Source: an uncultured Acidobacteriota bacterium (GTDB lineage: Bacteria; Acidobacteriota; Terriglobia; UBA7540). Taken from it: a DNA stretch of 64,000 nt. Positions within the stretch are counted from its first letter, which is position 1. The number at the start of each line of letters is the position of its first letter. Location: contig CAWDSK010000001.1 of the NCBI GenBank assembly GCA_963804995.1, forward strand, positions 128,001 through 192,000, read 5' to 3'. Shown piece by piece: positions 62,968 through 64,000 of the stretch. Both the position numbers and the translations under genes were made by a program. The notes under the pieces are model-generated. The model was not told the origin of the DNA and did no database searches. It was given only the letters and a program-made list of their open reading frames with translations.

Positions 62968-64000
62968 CTAGCGTACCTCAAAACTCGCCGTAGGGCTAAG
63001 ACTTTGTTTGCGGACGTTGTCCGTGATCTTAATCTGCACCGTGTACTTGCCTGGCTGAAGGGCAGTCAGGGGCATGGTCTTTTCGACTGTGAACTGCTGC
63101 GATACCTTCACCAGATTCTTGGGGTCCTCGGGTTGATCCAAAATAGGCTTCCCGTCTTTCAGGATGACGTACTGGACGTCCAAGGAGGACTTGTGCGTTT
63201 TCTCGTCGACCGCCAGATTATACACCTGCATGTAAATCCCCAGCTTCTGGTCGTGAGTGAAGGCGCTGCCGACGCTGGGACGGACCTTGGTCCCCCCAAT
63301 CACAAACATGCCGGATCCCACCTGGCTGGTCGGGAGGGGCTGGATCAGGTCGGCCAGGATCAAGGAGCTGTTGGTGAGCTTATCGTCTTCGTAGCGGGGC
63401 ACAATGATACCGATCTCCATGGACCCCATGTGACCATTCAAGTCGTCCTTCAAAACCAAGGTCAGCTTGTAACGGCCGGGCTTGAGGGGTATGTCTTCCT
63501 GATACACCGACTTGTGGTCCTGATAGCGCTGGAACTCATGTTCCGGGACATCCAGCACCAGGCTCTTTTCAAAGGTATTAACGATGCGCCCGCCCAGGCT
63601 GGAAATCTCGCCGAAGATATCCACCACCCCGTGCATGACCCCGTCCTTGTTCTGGAACTGCAGATCGCCGTTATTTATCTGGATGGTAATGGGGGTGAGG
63701 ACGGTTTCCTCCGTCACGCGGATAAAATCCTCACGCACGTCAAAGGGCAGCAGTTGAGCCGAGAGTTTGGAGGTGACCACCGCTTTCAGGTCCTTGAATT
63801 TTACCGGAGGAGGTCTGAAGATCTTGGCAAAGAGATCGAGGCGGGTGAACTCTTCCATGCTCTCCGGTGTGGCGCCCTGCATGGACCCGAGCGTCATACC
63901 GTCGGTGCGGGTAAAGCGGTCCTGCTTGGATCTCCCACCCGATAGACCCATCTGCTCCGCCATGGTCAGGCCGGCGCCGGGGACGTAGAGCAAGGCGTCC
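62968..64000 (-). CDS. GWxTD-domain-type protein, 5' part outside the window
   Basis: DALLYVPGAGLT and PPPVKFKDL motifs recalled for acidobacterial GWxTD proteins; Ig-like PG.Y repeats. Confidence 0.7.
   Translation of the reverse strand, partial: DALLYVPGAGLTMAEQMGLSGGRSKQDRFTRTDGMTLGSMQGATPESMEEFTRLDLFAKIFRPPPVKFKDLKAVVTSKLSAQLLPFDVREDFIRVTEETVLTPITIQINNGDLQFQNKDGVMHGVVDIFGEISSLGGRIVNTFEKSLVLDVPEHEFQRYQDHKSVYQEDIPLKPGRYKLTLVLKDDLNGHMGSMEIGIIVPRYEDDKLTNSSLILADLIQPLPTSQVGSGMFVIGGTKVRPSVGSAFTHDQKLGIYMQVYNLAVDEKTHKSSLDVQYVILKDGKPILDQPEDPKNLVKVSQQFTVEKTMPLTALQPGKYTVQIKITDNVRKQSLSPTASFEVR

Overview
This is a 64 kb bacterial chromosomal window, most likely Acidobacteriota/Terriglobia (inferred from a GWxTD-type protein, a PDZ-7TM-GAF-PAS kinase with a GAFTSA-type sigma54 activator, and dense intergenic repeats). 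Bases 1-13.7 kb look like the right part of a genomic island that ends at a tRNA-Ile(CAT) half-gene. It holds an IS6-type element, a NarL-type two-component pair, two tandem Crp regulators, a rve-integrase IS and gene remnants (AbiE toxin-antitoxin, hypB, group II intron). The most notable object is a 3378 bp large-serine-recombinase element (8166-11543) inserted at a TT dinucleotide inside the rve transposase gene. Its circle junction rebuilds the RBS, start codon and frame of a DUF5372-like gene, and it carries a consensus sigma70 promoter and a candidate -1 frameshift signal. The rest is mostly core genes (mbfA, rpiB, queF, xfp, AhbD-like radical SAM operon, fabZ-lpxA-lpxI, phoB/phoR, uvrA). 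These are interrupted by a full group II intron inserted in a REP hairpin that matches its EBS1, by a 3.9 kb insert between phoB and phoR bracketed by inverted heptamer arrays, and by many REP-like repeats. All calls come from reading the sequence and recalling motifs; no searches were run.
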